IMG/VR virus record: IMGVR_UViG_3300042922_000295
Coordinates: 20,498-84,497 of that record
Origin: a virus
Reading direction: 5' to 3' (one strand)
DNA length: 64,000 nucleotides
Part shown: positions 26,301 to 37,400 of the stretch, piece by piece
Numbering within the stretch: the first letter of the stretch is position 1
How the letters are laid out: every line of letters begins with the position of its first letter
Position numbers and translations under genes: made by a program
The notes under the pieces: model-generated
What the model was told of the DNA's origin: nothing
Databases searched by the model: none
What the model saw: only the letters and a program-made list of their open reading frames with translations

Positions 26301-26313
26301 TCCAGGGCCTCCG

Positions 26314-27417
26314 TCACTTGTTGATAGCGTGCTTGCGCCACGCCTGGACGAAGGCTGCGTCCGTTCCCGGACCCCACTGCCCGTCGATGGCTCCCTTGTA
26401 GAAGCCGTGGGCCTTGAGGGCCTGCTGGACACGGATGACCGCCTGGTCGTGGGCCTTGATCGACTTGCGACCCCAGTCCCCGTCCTGTCCGGTGCCGACG
26501 ACAGCCTGCGCGTACTTCACGCCGAACGGGAACTGGCGACCCTTGAGCGACGAGGACATGCGAACCGCGTGGGTGCGCTTGTCGGTGTCGTTCCCCCAGA
26601 AGCCGTCGTCCGTCGCGCCGACCGCACGCTGGATGGCCTTGACGGCCTCGTTCCCAGCGGGCTTGGGCGGCTTCGGCAGCGCGGGCTTGCCCTTGTTGGC
26701 GATGGCCCGGTCGAGCGCGGCCATCGTTGCAGGACCCGGGTCGCCGTCCACCGAGATGCCCGCCGCCTTCTGGAAGGCACGCGTGGCGTCGTAGGTGTAC
26801 TTGCCCAGGTCGCCGTCCACGCCCGCAGGGCCGAGGTTGTACCCCAGCGCCTTGAGCTTGGTCTGGATGGCCTTGATCCAGACGCTGGTGCGACCGTTCG
26901 GGTTGTACTTGACGGTCGTGCCGCCACCCGTGGAGACCGCGTTGGAGTACGCCGGGGAGCCGTAGCCCACGATGTACGCCTTGCGACGCTTGCGGACAAC
27001 GGCGCGCCCGTTGCGCTGGTCACCGGCAGCGGTGCCGCTGGTGTTGAACTCGATCGTGTTGACCGAGCCGTCACCGTTCACGGACTCCACGATGCCGACG
27101 TGCGAGATGCGGTTCGGCTGACCGGGCCAGTCGAAGAACACGATGGCGCCACGGTGGATGCCACGCGTGCCCGTCGTCCACTGGCCGCGAGCCTTGAACC
27201 AGTTCGCACCCGCAGGGGTGTAGGCGTGCAGCGGGAAGATGTCGAGTCCACCGACGCCGTCGAACACCCACGACAGACCCATCGCGCAGAACGCGGCGGA
27301 GTCGTAGACGCTGGAGCCGACCTTGTCGCCGTACCAGACACCGTACTTCGAGTTGCCGGGGTAGTAGTTCCCCAGCTCCCCGCGAGCCTTGGCGAGAACC
27401 TGCTCGATGGTCGTCAT
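26314..27417 (-). CDS. Endolysin (CHAP domain plus peptidoglycan-binding repeats)
   Basis: FCAMGLSW, SHVGIV, TIEFNT; DG.xG..T..A...FQ PG-binding repeats. Confidence 0.93.
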   Translation of the reverse strand: MTTIEQVLAKARGELGNYYPGNSKYGVWYGDKVGSSVYDSAAFCAMGLSWVFDGVGGLDIFPLHAYTPAGANWFKARGQWTTGTRGIHRGAIVFFDWPGQPNRISHVGIVESVNGDGSVNTIEFNTSGTAAGDQRNGRAVVRKRRKAYIVGYGSPAYSNAVSTGGGTTVKYNPNGRTSVWIKAIQTKLKALGYNLGPAGVDGDLGKYTYDATRAFQKAAGISVDGDPGPATMAALDRAIANKGKPALPKPPKPAGNEAVKAIQRAVGATDDGFWGNDTDKRTHAVRMSSSLKGRQFPFGVKYAQAVVGTGQDGDWGRKSIKAHDQAVIRVQQALKAHGFYKGAIDGQWGPGTDAAFVQAWRKHAINK

Positions 27418-27566
27418 CCGCCGACCTCCTGCTCGCCGTCCGGGCCGACCTCGACGCTCGGGTCGTTCGGCGGGTCCGGATACTCCGAGGGGTGGTTGCC
27501 CGTGTCGGGCAGGTCACCGCCCGTGGGGTCGTTGGTCGCCTTGGCGATCTTCTTCTCCTCGGTCAT
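27414..27566 (-). CDS. Small acidic protein, 50 aa
   Basis: ATGA overlaps on both sides; MTEEKKIAK...EVGG. Confidence 0.65.
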   Translation of the reverse strand: MTEEKKIAKATNDPTGGDLPDTGNHPSEYPDPPNDPSVEVGPDGEQEVGG

Positions 27567-27904
27567 GCTGCGTGCCGCCCCTCGTACGTCTGGACGGCAG
27601 CCTGCTCCAGCGCGACGACCTCGGCGTCCTCGTTGAGGTCGACCACGGCGTTGCCGGGATAGATGACCTCGGGGGCGTCGAACGGCTTCGGCTGGAAGGC
27701 GATGACCTTCGCCATGCTCGTGACGGTCGGTCGTGCCACGAGCACCAGGAACAGCGCGCTGACCGCCGTGAACAGGTCGACGATGAGGTCGACCCACTGG
27801 TTCACGTCGGGGATGCCGAACTGCGCCAGGATGCCCGCGAGCGCCACCAGCAGGCCGCGCACCAGCACGGGCTCCGTCTGGAAGAACTGCTTGAGCTTCT
27901 CCAA
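27563..27904 (-). CDS. Holin (2 TM)
   Basis: AGGAGG RBS; EPV motif, two TM segments and RxxVT, typical of actinophage holins. Confidence 0.8.
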   Translation of the reverse strand: MEKLKQFFQTEPVLVRGLLVALAGILAQFGIPDVNQWVDLIVDLFTAVSALFLVLVARPTVTSMAKVIAFQPKPFDAPEVIYPGNAVVDLNEDAEVVALEQAAVQTYEGRHAA

Positions 27905-27931
27905 GTTCCTCTCCTCCTTCTGTCAGGCCGA

Positions 27932-27961
27932 ACTGTACGGCCCACTAACCACCCGCGTCAA
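27932..27961 (-). promoter_or_regulatory. SigA-type promoter of the lysis cassette
   Basis: TTGACG-18 nt-TACAGT on the - strand. Confidence 0.7.
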
Positions 27962-28005
27962 ACGGGAGGCTGTTCGCGGATTGAACGCACCCGCGTCTAT
28001 AAGTA

Positions 28006-29460
28006 CTACGCCTCGGCGACGAAGTTGATGCCGTTGAGACTGTGCCAGGAAGTGACCGTACGGTTCATGTGCTCGATGTCACCAAGTGAGGCTGCAAACA
28101 GGTCAACTCGTGCCCACTGATTGTCGGACGAGATGGTGTACAGGCCTCGCTCGGAGGGGCGTGCGCCGACAGGAAGGATTCCAGAGTCGCCAGGAAAGGT
28201 TCCACCGGTGATGAGTCCCTGGAGTTGGACAAGGCTGTCAGCATGGCGCTGGTACTGCTGTGCTGGCATAGAAGCGTTGAACGATGCCCAACTGTTTGTG
28301 TAAGGGATGTTGGTCATCGCCTCGTACTCTTCCGGGGTGTACATCAACCCAGCGAGCGAGACCCAGGTAGTCGTGTTGGTGCCGGTGGTCTTGCGCTTCC
28401 AGCGGAGCGTCGGGTAGTTGGCGTCGCCACCCGCCGCGTTGATCCTGGCAAAGTCGACACCGCTTCCGACGTTCGTCATGAGAGCAGGCATGTGGAGCTG
28501 CAGTCGAGGCTGGAGGTTCGTCGGGAGCTGGGCCATGATACTGTCAGCCGTGGGAACTGCTCCCCTGTACACCATGCCCCGGAACCAGACTCGTCCCAAC
28601 CGATCCTGCCACCACGAGGGCGTGCCATAACCAGAGCCGCCCGAGTCCGTGTATTCCAGCCACGAGTTGACGAGCGTGAGCGGCTGCCAGTCGGCAACAC
28701 CAGCGGCTGGGAACATGATGCCGTCGAGGCCGATCCAATCCGGGTCAGACCGAACAGCCACGATGTTCCCGTTAGGGTGGACGTCCACACGCCCGACGAT
28801 GTTGGAGAACGTGGACGTCTCGAACACCATCCGCTCGTCAGGCCGGTAGCCCTCCGGAAGCTGGGCAATCACGCTACCCTCGGCTCCGCCCTTCACAAGT
28901 CCCTTGAGGACAACGATGCCGGTATTGAGCTTGAGGTATCCACCGTCTGCATACGATGTGGCGTAGCGGGTCCACGGAGTCTCGTAGGGGAGCTGGGTCC
29001 ATGTAGCCTTGCTGGGCATGGCGTCAATGGAGAGCCAGGTCACCCCGTCCGTCGTGAGGCGAAACTTGTACGGGTCCGTAACGGCGTCGTTCCTGTGGAT
29101 GATGACAGGCGAGTTGTGATCCGGCCTCATGGCCGCGAGGATAGCCTGCTGCTCGGTGAAGGTGGAAGCGCTCAGGATCGGGACCGTCTCGGGTACACCG
29201 ACGACTCCGTCGATGAAGCGGTCGGTGCCGATGCCTGACACTCGCACGATCTGCCCCGGTCGCGGCCAGACGCCAGCGATGGGAACGTTCACCGGGTCGA
29301 GGTCGCCGTTGAACAGAACGCTAGCCCTCTTGGCGGGGATGTCGACCGAAACGCACGCGCCATACCTGTACGCCGGGCGCAGCTTGTTGATCGTACTCTC
29401 GGCGATCGACGTGATGAGGTCACGCATCTTCGCTGAGACGTTGTACTCGGACAGGCCCAT
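28006..29460 (-). CDS. Minor tail / receptor-binding protein
   Basis: N-terminal OB-like tail domain plus three W....G.V.L.G....LP.G.RP repeats. Confidence 0.85.
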   Translation of the reverse strand: MGLSEYNVSAKMRDLITSIAESTINKLRPAYRYGACVSVDIPAKRASVLFNGDLDPVNVPIAGVWPRPGQIVRVSGIGTDRFIDGVVGVPETVPILSASTFTEQQAILAAMRPDHNSPVIIHRNDAVTDPYKFRLTTDGVTWLSIDAMPSKATWTQLPYETPWTRYATSYADGGYLKLNTGIVVLKGLVKGGAEGSVIAQLPEGYRPDERMVFETSTFSNIVGRVDVHPNGNIVAVRSDPDWIGLDGIMFPAAGVADWQPLTLVNSWLEYTDSGGSGYGTPSWWQDRLGRVWFRGMVYRGAVPTADSIMAQLPTNLQPRLQLHMPALMTNVGSGVDFARINAAGGDANYPTLRWKRKTTGTNTTTWVSLAGLMYTPEEYEAMTNIPYTNSWASFNASMPAQQYQRHADSLVQLQGLITGGTFPGDSGILPVGARPSERGLYTISSDNQWARVDLFAASLGDIEHMNRTVTSWHSLNGINFVAEA

Positions 29461-29462
29461 GG

Positions 29463-31790
29463 TCAGCTCACATTCGTGACGCGTCGTGCCTTGCCGTCCA
29501 TGAGGCCGAGGCCGAGCGGGATGGAAAAGTCGCTAAGCAAGAACGTCGTCGGGTCGCCGGGCGCCGGACGAGGGTCCACGAACCCGACGATATCACCCGC
29601 CTCCAACCAGGGAAGCATGAGGGAGCTGAATCCCAGCTCGAACTCCTCCAGTGCGTGCACTGCGAGGAAGCTGTCTGCGACCTGCTGCGCCTGCGGTGTC
29701 GTCTCGATGAACGAGCTGGAGTACTCGTAGACCCGCTCCCCGATGTTCACAGTACTCGTGGGGGAGTTGGGGTCGTCGTTGCGAGCGACCGCATAGACAG
29801 GCGGCGAGTCAGCGTCGGACGACTCGCCCGTCACGAGCACCACGTTGTAGATGCGCGTATCCGTCGTGGACTTCTCGTACGATCCGAGCTGACCGCCGTC
29901 GCGCCCGGTCTTGAGTACCAGGACGGGGCTCGTGCTGACAGGATCGCTGTACGGACGGAGGATCAGGAACCCGGTCGCGTCGAAGAAGATCTCGTAGTCG
30001 TACGCAGTTGCGATCTCCTTCATCGCTTCCCACCGGGATACGCCCCGGTCGAAGAAGAATTCGCGGGCGACGACGACACCCGTCGTGGGGAGGCTCCGCT
30101 TCGTGATGCCCGCCGCCCCGGCGATGGACGCGATGATCGACTCAAGCGCCATGCCGGAAGCAAACTGCGTGGCGTAGAGGAACTTCGACCCCATGCACTT
30201 CTTGGTGTAGTCTCGTCCTGTGAGCGACACGTCGTAGGGGAAGTGACGCTCGGTGATCCGATCGATCATGAACTCACCGATCTGGCATTCCCACTCCAGC
30301 ATCGGCTTCACCGTGTTGAGCCACCCGAAGAAGCTCGCCAGCATGTTGACGACCTGCGGAACGTCATACTGGTTGTAATCGAAGGGCAGGTGCGCTGCAA
30401 TGAGTCGCCCGCCGCGAATCGGCTCGGCGTAAGCCACGATGCGCGAGTAGATCGCGTCCACAGGGTCGGCGGAGATGACGGACGCCTGGGAGATGCCAGA
30501 CACATCGTACGACCGGCCCGCGATAGCCGAGCGAGTGGACGTCGAAGCGTTCGCCGTCGATGTCCACGCGTAGTCGTAGAACTGCGTGTCAGTCATGTCG
30601 CCATCGACATACGGCTGAATCTCCGGCTCATAGTAGGTGCGACCGCCGGTCCAGTGGAAGATGTCTCCCACTCCGAGGTACGAGCCGCCCGAGGGGACGA
30701 ACCACACTCGAGTCGAGGTGTAGTCGCCGGTCGACGTCACAACGTCCGACAGCTCCAGCCACTGGTTGAGCGGCAGGGTGACGCTGACCTGCTTGCTGCC
30801 GACGACGGTGCTGCCGTTGTAGAAGCGGAAGTAGGCGATGCCACTCACAGCTCGATTCGCCCTGATCCACATGCCGATGTTCGCCGTCTGTCCAGCACTG
30901 CCCGAGACGAACACACTGCGGTAGGGTCCGCTCGACCCAGCCGTCTGCGCTGTCGTGACCTCTGCACGGCGGTACGTCGTGATCTTCGAGCCGTCCGAGA
31001 GAACCGGGCCGTCCGACGCTCCCGTGACGTTCGAGAGGGTAGCCGCTCCACCGGTGCCGAGTCCCAAGGGCCAGTTAGTCGCAGTCGTTGCACGCGGGTC
31101 AGGGTCGAGGTTCGTGAGCTGGATCGGCGTGTAGTTCTCGAACTCCTGCCAAGCCTTGGATGCGGGGTGCGGCGACCCAGCCAGCGGCGCAACGGTCCTG
31201 TCGGTCGAGTAGATCGACAGTGCAGTCGGGTGGTACGCCTCCATCCAGGCAGCCGCGTCGGCGTCCTGGAGGTACACGGACTTGCCAGCCTCGTACGCCT
31301 CCTGGAACAGCTCGACCTGCGACTCCACGGCGCCGCCGAGGCCGACGATGATGTCGAAGTCGAGAACGTCGCCCCAGACGTAAGCGGTGGTGTTCACGAG
31401 GACGTCACCGAATCCGCTGGTAACGAGCGCGTCACGGAACGAGCTGGCGAGCGTCTCCGGGCCAGCCTTGTCCGTGATGATAAGAATCTTCGGAGTGCGC
31501 GTCGGCTGGTTGATCCGAACCCCACGGAAGACCTTGATGATCTTGTCGTACCAGAACTCGTCCGGCGCGTTGACAAGAACGCCGTCCGCGTTCGCGAGCT
31601 GAAGGTCGAGGGTGCGGCGCTCATCGCGATTCTGGTCGACGCTCACCGTCCCATCCTTGAGGCGCAGCTCGGTGTCCTTCGACCAGCGAGTCAACCCATC
31701 CGCCTCGTAAATCTCCACGCGGCGGATGTGGCGAGTCGTCGAGCCGAGGAACTCTCGGAGTGCGATCTGCGGGGGAGTAGTGGTGGGCAC
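29463..31790 (-). CDS. Minor tail (baseplate hub-like) protein with inserted carbohydrate-binding-like domain
   Basis: Position; RRTLDL...GEF, SRWEA..EIA..Y and LPWLEAGD motifs; central beta-rich insert. Confidence 0.85.
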   Translation of the reverse strand: MPTTTPPQIALREFLGSTTRHIRRVEIYEADGLTRWSKDTELRLKDGTVSVDQNRDERRTLDLQLANADGVLVNAPDEFWYDKIIKVFRGVRINQPTRTPKILIITDKAGPETLASSFRDALVTSGFGDVLVNTTAYVWGDVLDFDIIVGLGGAVESQVELFQEAYEAGKSVYLQDADAAAWMEAYHPTALSIYSTDRTVAPLAGSPHPASKAWQEFENYTPIQLTNLDPDPRATTATNWPLGLGTGGAATLSNVTGASDGPVLSDGSKITTYRRAEVTTAQTAGSSGPYRSVFVSGSAGQTANIGMWIRANRAVSGIAYFRFYNGSTVVGSKQVSVTLPLNQWLELSDVVTSTGDYTSTRVWFVPSGGSYLGVGDIFHWTGGRTYYEPEIQPYVDGDMTDTQFYDYAWTSTANASTSTRSAIAGRSYDVSGISQASVISADPVDAIYSRIVAYAEPIRGGRLIAAHLPFDYNQYDVPQVVNMLASFFGWLNTVKPMLEWECQIGEFMIDRITERHFPYDVSLTGRDYTKKCMGSKFLYATQFASGMALESIIASIAGAAGITKRSLPTTGVVVAREFFFDRGVSRWEAMKEIATAYDYEIFFDATGFLILRPYSDPVSTSPVLVLKTGRDGGQLGSYEKSTTDTRIYNVVLVTGESSDADSPPVYAVARNDDPNSPTSTVNIGERVYEYSSSFIETTPQAQQVADSFLAVHALEEFELGFSSLMLPWLEAGDIVGFVDPRPAPGDPTTFLLSDFSIPLGLGLMDGKARRVTNVS

Positions 31791-34405
31791 TACCCGACCT
31801 CCTCGTAAGGAATGGTGATGTCACCCATCTCGGAGGTGCCGGTCCCCGGGAGGGGCGACCAGCCGATGTTCCCGAGGGCGACCTCGAACAGGCGACCGAA
31901 CGGCGTCCGGTAGTAGTACGACTCCTGCGAGTTGCGCATCGCCTCGATGGCGAGACGGAACCGGTTCGGCCGCTCCGTCCCACGCGCCTGGCAGACGATC
32001 GATCCGGTGTACCCGAGTCGGTCACCGTAGTCACGGTGGCGCCCTCGACCGATGATGGTAGACGTCTCGGACTCGTACTCCAGGGTGCTGTCATCGCTGA
32101 TGACGTTCTGGAGGCGAACGCTAAGCTGGGGGTTGTCCGGGTCGATCAGCCAGTAGTGCGTGAGGTCGATGAAGTAGACGCGGTTCTCGACCTGCTCGTC
32201 ACCGCTGGGGTCATCTGCAGGGACATAGTAGCCGACCGGGCTCTCCAGGAGGATGCCGGAACGGCTCGCCGCCTGGGTAACCGAGTAGGCGTAGTTGCTC
32301 CCGGCGCTGACCATGTAGTCGCGGAACTCGCGGGTGTTCTGGTTCGTGACCTCGCCGATCAGCTTCCACGTGGTGTCGGGCAGGTTACGTCGGTAGACCT
32401 TCCATGCTGCGAAGAGCGGGTCGGGAGCCGCATCCACCCAGGTGACACTGACGTAGCCGTTCTCGTCCACCTGATCCACGTTGACACTGTAGGACAAGAT
32501 GTCCGGGGCGATGTACTCCGTCTCGAACGCTCCGGTAGCCACGCCCGTGAGGCCAAGCGAGTCGGTAGCCTCGATACGGAAGTGGTAACTACGAGCGTTG
32601 ATGAGGACGACGACCTGGGGCGTGACCTGGGTGGCCTGCCCGACCACCGCATCGGTCCAGATGAGCTCGTTGTTGGCGTCGTCGAACACCTCGATGACAG
32701 CCAGAGCCTGCGTGCCACCGGACGGGGCGGTGAACTCCCACGAGAACGTCGGCGCGCCGTTGTCGACCGGCAGGGACGGGGCGGGCGTGATGACCGTCAC
32801 GACAGGCGGGTCGGCCAGCGTGAACAGTCCCCAGCCGGTCCAGCCGGACTCGGTGTCGCCCTTGTCCCAGACCTTCACGCGCCAGCGCAGGACGTCGTTC
32901 TTCTTGTCCTCCGGGATGGCGACCGACCGCGAGACCGTCGGGTTGGAGGCACTCGACACGAGTGCGACCTTGCCGCTGTCGTAGACCACGTCGCCGGAGA
33001 GGTTGTCCTCGATGACGAGCTGGTAGGCAGACTGCACGTCGTTCGGGTTGGCCGCGTCCGTGAAGCGCCACTGGAACACCGTCTGCGCCTCGTACCGAAC
33101 CGTGCTCCCTGTGACGGGAGACTGGAGAGAGACGGACGGCTGGTGTGCCTGGGTGATCTTGAGCGTGGTCGACCAGGGAGTGATGTAGCCCGTGTTGAGG
33201 TTCGTGACCTTCGACCGCATGTACCAGTCGCCGGACTTCAGGTACACCGCCGTCTTGGTGAAGCGGTACAGGCTGTTCGAGGCGACCGCAGCAGGGGTCA
33301 GCGTCTCGGTGGTAACTCCCGTGGCAAAGGTGGAGTCCTGCGACACCTCGACCGTAATGAGGCTCTTCGTGGCGATGATGCCGAGTGCCTTGATCGTGAC
33401 GTCGAGGATGCCGTTGCTGACGGTCGCGTTGTTCGCGGGGGACGAGAACTCCGGGGTGCCAGCGAGTGTGGTGAACGCCTGTGCAGCAGACCACGGGCCA
33501 GGGCCGACACCGTTGGTGGCGCGGACGCGAGCCCAGTATGGCGTGCCAGGCGTGAGGTCCGTCAGCTCGGCAGGCGTGGTTCCGTCATCGAAGTTCTTGA
33601 CGCCTGCCGTGAAGCCGCTGTTCGTGGCATACTGGATGTTGAACGTCTTGAGCGCCGACCCGCCGGTGCTGGCAGGGTTCACGAAGTTCAGCCGAGCGGA
33701 CGTCTGCTCGACGTTCGAGATGGACACGCTCTGCGGCACGGTGGGGATCGTGGCGCCCGTAGTGAAGGAGATCGTGCCGGACCAGGCACCCCATCCTACG
33801 CCGTTACGTGCCCGCGTACGGGCGTAGTAGGTGGTTGCCGCAGCCAGACCCGTGACGGTCCCCGAACCACCGCCCCACGTGAGATGCGGCGAGGCGAAGT
33901 TCGAGTTGTTGTCGACCTGGCTCTGGTACTCCTGGATGCCCGAGCCGCGCCCGTCCGCAGCGCTGACGGTGATGCGAGCGCTGTTGTTCGTGACCGACCC
34001 GGCCGAGATGCCAGGCTGCGTCGGGACGTTCGCAGGGCGCGCCGGAACCTGCCACGACCGGGACACGCTCGGCGCGCCGCCGAGGTAGGAGCCGCTGATC
34101 GAGGCGTTGAATCCCCACACCGGACCTGGCGAGTAGTTCAGCCCAGCGACGACGTGGCGAGTCGAGATGAACTTCGTCTGCGGCTGACCAGGAACGTTCG
34201 GGGTGTTCATGTAGAACGCCCACGACCCACTTCCCCACGAGTCGGCGAAGTGGTACGTCTGGTTGTCCGCGAAGCCCCAGCCGTCCGAGCCGACATAGTA
34301 GTCAGCGTAGACGTTGATGGCAGTCGTGTTCGTGTTGTACGAGTCGTGTCGGATGTCGATACCGACTCGCTCGTGCTGCGAATAGCCGCCCCAGACGATA
34401 GCCAT
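31790..34405 (-). CDS. Minor tail protein with fibronectin type III repeats
   Basis: YYARTRARNGVGWGAWS and YWARVRATNGVGPGPWS FN3 motifs; follows the tape measure gene. Confidence 0.88.
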   Translation of the reverse strand: MAIVWGGYSQHERVGIDIRHDSYNTNTTAINVYADYYVGSDGWGFADNQTYHFADSWGSGSWAFYMNTPNVPGQPQTKFISTRHVVAGLNYSPGPVWGFNASISGSYLGGAPSVSRSWQVPARPANVPTQPGISAGSVTNNSARITVSAADGRGSGIQEYQSQVDNNSNFASPHLTWGGGSGTVTGLAAATTYYARTRARNGVGWGAWSGTISFTTGATIPTVPQSVSISNVEQTSARLNFVNPASTGGSALKTFNIQYATNSGFTAGVKNFDDGTTPAELTDLTPGTPYWARVRATNGVGPGPWSAAQAFTTLAGTPEFSSPANNATVSNGILDVTIKALGIIATKSLITVEVSQDSTFATGVTTETLTPAAVASNSLYRFTKTAVYLKSGDWYMRSKVTNLNTGYITPWSTTLKITQAHQPSVSLQSPVTGSTVRYEAQTVFQWRFTDAANPNDVQSAYQLVIEDNLSGDVVYDSGKVALVSSASNPTVSRSVAIPEDKKNDVLRWRVKVWDKGDTESGWTGWGLFTLADPPVVTVITPAPSLPVDNGAPTFSWEFTAPSGGTQALAVIEVFDDANNELIWTDAVVGQATQVTPQVVVLINARSYHFRIEATDSLGLTGVATGAFETEYIAPDILSYSVNVDQVDENGYVSVTWVDAAPDPLFAAWKVYRRNLPDTTWKLIGEVTNQNTREFRDYMVSAGSNYAYSVTQAASRSGILLESPVGYYVPADDPSGDEQVENRVYFIDLTHYWLIDPDNPQLSVRLQNVISDDSTLEYESETSTIIGRGRHRDYGDRLGYTGSIVCQARGTERPNRFRLAIEAMRNSQESYYYRTPFGRLFEVALGNIGWSPLPGTGTSEMGDITIPYEEVG

Positions 34406-37400
34406 TACTTACCCGCCAGGTCTTCGAGGTTACGGATGAACTTCTCGGCGTCGTTCTCGTCCTTGATGTTCGGGAACGACAGGTCGCCGTGGAAGTGGAA
34501 GGTTCGGTTGTCGTTGTACGTCTGGCTCTGCACTCCGGACTCCGCCTTCTCCAGGCGGGCCATGATGCGGTCGAGACGGCCAGACAGGCTCTGGATGCTG
34601 TTGTTGCCCTGGAACATCGTCTGCCAGTTGCGGGGCAGCGGGATGACAGCCTCGTCTCGACCGGCTTCGCCGATGGTCGCGAGCGTACCACCGCGCCGTG
34701 CGCCGACGATACCGCCGTCTGCAAGCGGCACACCCTTGCTAGCCATCCACGGAACAGGGTTCGTGGCGACCCCGCCCTGCTTCACGATGAAGTGAAGGTG
34801 GGAACCAGTCGATGCACCTGTGCTACCCATGCGGGCGATGAGCTCGCCCGGGGTGACCTGACGCGGCCCTCCGACGTAGCCGGAGAGGTGGCCGTACCAC
34901 GTCTGCAGACCGGCGCCGTGGTCGACCTTCGCGTACTGACCCAGACCGCCGTTCATGCTGTGGTAGGTCACCCGACCACCGGCAGCGGCGAAGATCGAGG
35001 AGCCCATCGGACCGGCAAGGTCGACGCCGTCGTGCAGGCGACGCTGACCGGTGATCGGGTGCGTACGCATACCGAACGGCGAGGACATTCGGTAGCCCGT
35101 TGCAGGCTTGCGCCACGGACCAGACCCGCCAACCTCGGTCGCAGCCTTGCGGTACGCCTCGTCCGTTCCGGTGACCCACTCCCAGACCTGATTGAGCCCG
35201 GCCTGTGCGTACTTCTTGCCGAACTGCCAGGTCATACCGTCGATCTGCGTCTGTGCAAGCTGGCGGATCGGCTCGAAGATGACGGACGCCGCGCCCTGTG
35301 CAACATCCTTGAGCCAGTCGACACCCTGGCCCGCGAGGTCCGCACCCTTGCCGATGAACGCCTTGACATCCTCCCAGCCGCCCATCCCGAGGCCGGTGTC
35401 GTCCGTCCCGGCGCCGATGCGCTTGCCGAGCTCCTCGTAGAGTGCGCTGGCACGGCGGCGGTGAGTCGGGTCGGTCGGGATGACGAACTCGGGGTGGTTC
35501 GCCTTTCCCTCACCGACGATGGCGCGAGCGCCGTTCGTCTCGAATCCGCCACCAACACGACGCGTCGGGATGGCACCACCCTTAGCCAGCAGGGGGATGG
35601 TGCTGATGTTCCAGTCGAGACCGGGCAGGATGTCCGCGACCTTGTTCAGGCCATCGATCAGCTTGTTGACGAACTTGATGCCGCTGTTGATGCCAGTCTT
35701 GATGAAGGTCGTGATGTTGTCGAAGATGCCGCCGATCTTGTCCTTGACCCAGGTGAACGCACCAAGCATGTTGTCGCGCAGCGTGTTGAAGGCTGTCGTG
35801 GCAGCGTCCTTGAGGAGGTTGACCTTCTCCATGACGCTGTTGCGAATCTGCTGGAACTTCTCCACGACCTTGTCCCAGATCATCTTCGCGACTGCGATCA
35901 GGGTGTCCTTGAAGTTGTTCCACTTGGTGATGGCACCGGTCACGAGGTCTGCGATCCACTGCAGAACCTTCGCCCGCATGTCCAGAATCCAGCCGACGAC
36001 CTCGTAGGCGATCATCTTGGCGAAGTTGACGATGTTGTTGTACCAGCCCTGGACGGTGGTGACGACTGCAACCACCATGTTCTTGATCCAGGTGGTCACC
36101 CGGTTGTACAGGTCCACGAACCAGTCCACGACACCATTGACGAGGCCAGACACGAAGTCGATGACCGTGTCCCACAGGTTCTTGAACCAGTCGATGATCG
36201 CCAGGACCATGTCCGGGATGATCGAGTGGCCGACCAGAACGTCCCAAAGCCAGGTGAAGAACTCGACGATGCCTTCGACCAGGCCGGAAACCAGGCCGTA
36301 GACGATGTCCCAGGCGGTGGTGAAGATCGACACGATGGTGGACCAGATCGCACCGAAGATCTCGGTGATGCCCGTCCAGGCCCGCGACCAATCGCCCGTG
36401 AACACGCCGACGATGAAGTTCACCAGGCCTCGGATAACCTGGATGACGTTCCCGATGAGGTCACCGATGAAGCTGATGACAGGCTCGACGATGTTGCCGA
36501 TCATCGAGAACGCGGTCGAGAAGGCTGCGACGAGCGTTCCGCCGATGAAGCCCACGAGCGGCTTGAGGATGTAGTCCCAGAGCCACTTGAGGACGCCGCC
36601 GATGTTGCCCAGCGCCTCCTTGACCGGACCCATCATCGGGCCGAACTTGGCGAGCTGGGTCTTGATCTCCTCGACGGCCGGGCCGACCGCCGCGACGAGG
36701 TTGTCCCAGATCTCCTTGAGCTGAGGGCCGAACAGGTCCCAGAGCTGGCTGGCGCCGCTACTAATGCCTTCCCACAGACCCTTGAACCAGTCGCCCACCG
36801 CTGCGAACTTGTCGGTGAACCCGCTGAAGTCGATTCCGCTGAACGCGTCCTTGAGGCCGCCGACGAGACCGTTCCAGGCGGGGACGATGGTCGTGTTCCA
36901 CCAGTTGACGACCTTGTCCCACATGTTCTGGAGGCCGGTCAGCGGGTTGATCGACGCGAGCGACGCCGCGAGATCTTCCTCAAGCTGCTTGGTGAACTCG
37001 TCGATCATCCCGGACTGGTCGCCGAACCCGCCTTCGCGGGCGATCGAATCCATTCCTCCAACGTCGGGGAACTCTCCACCCGCCGCGTTCATAAAGTTTT
37101 CGGCTCCGGGCGACAGGGACCCCGCTCCGCCCGCGCCGCCGCCCGCCGCCGCGTCCCGGGCCTGCTTCGCCGCCGACGCCGCGCTCGCGACGTCGTTCAG
37201 TGCGGCCTCGATCTCCCGGATAGCATCGGCGGTGAGCTGGTACTCGTCCTTCAGGGTCTGGAGGCTCGCGTACTCCTGATCGTACGCAGCCTGCACCGCG
37301 TTCTTCGCTGCGGTGAGCTGGTCAACAGAAGCGGACTGCGCGTCGTACGAGGCCTGGGCGGCGTCGAGCTGAGGCTGCAGCGCCGTCATCGCGGCCTGCT

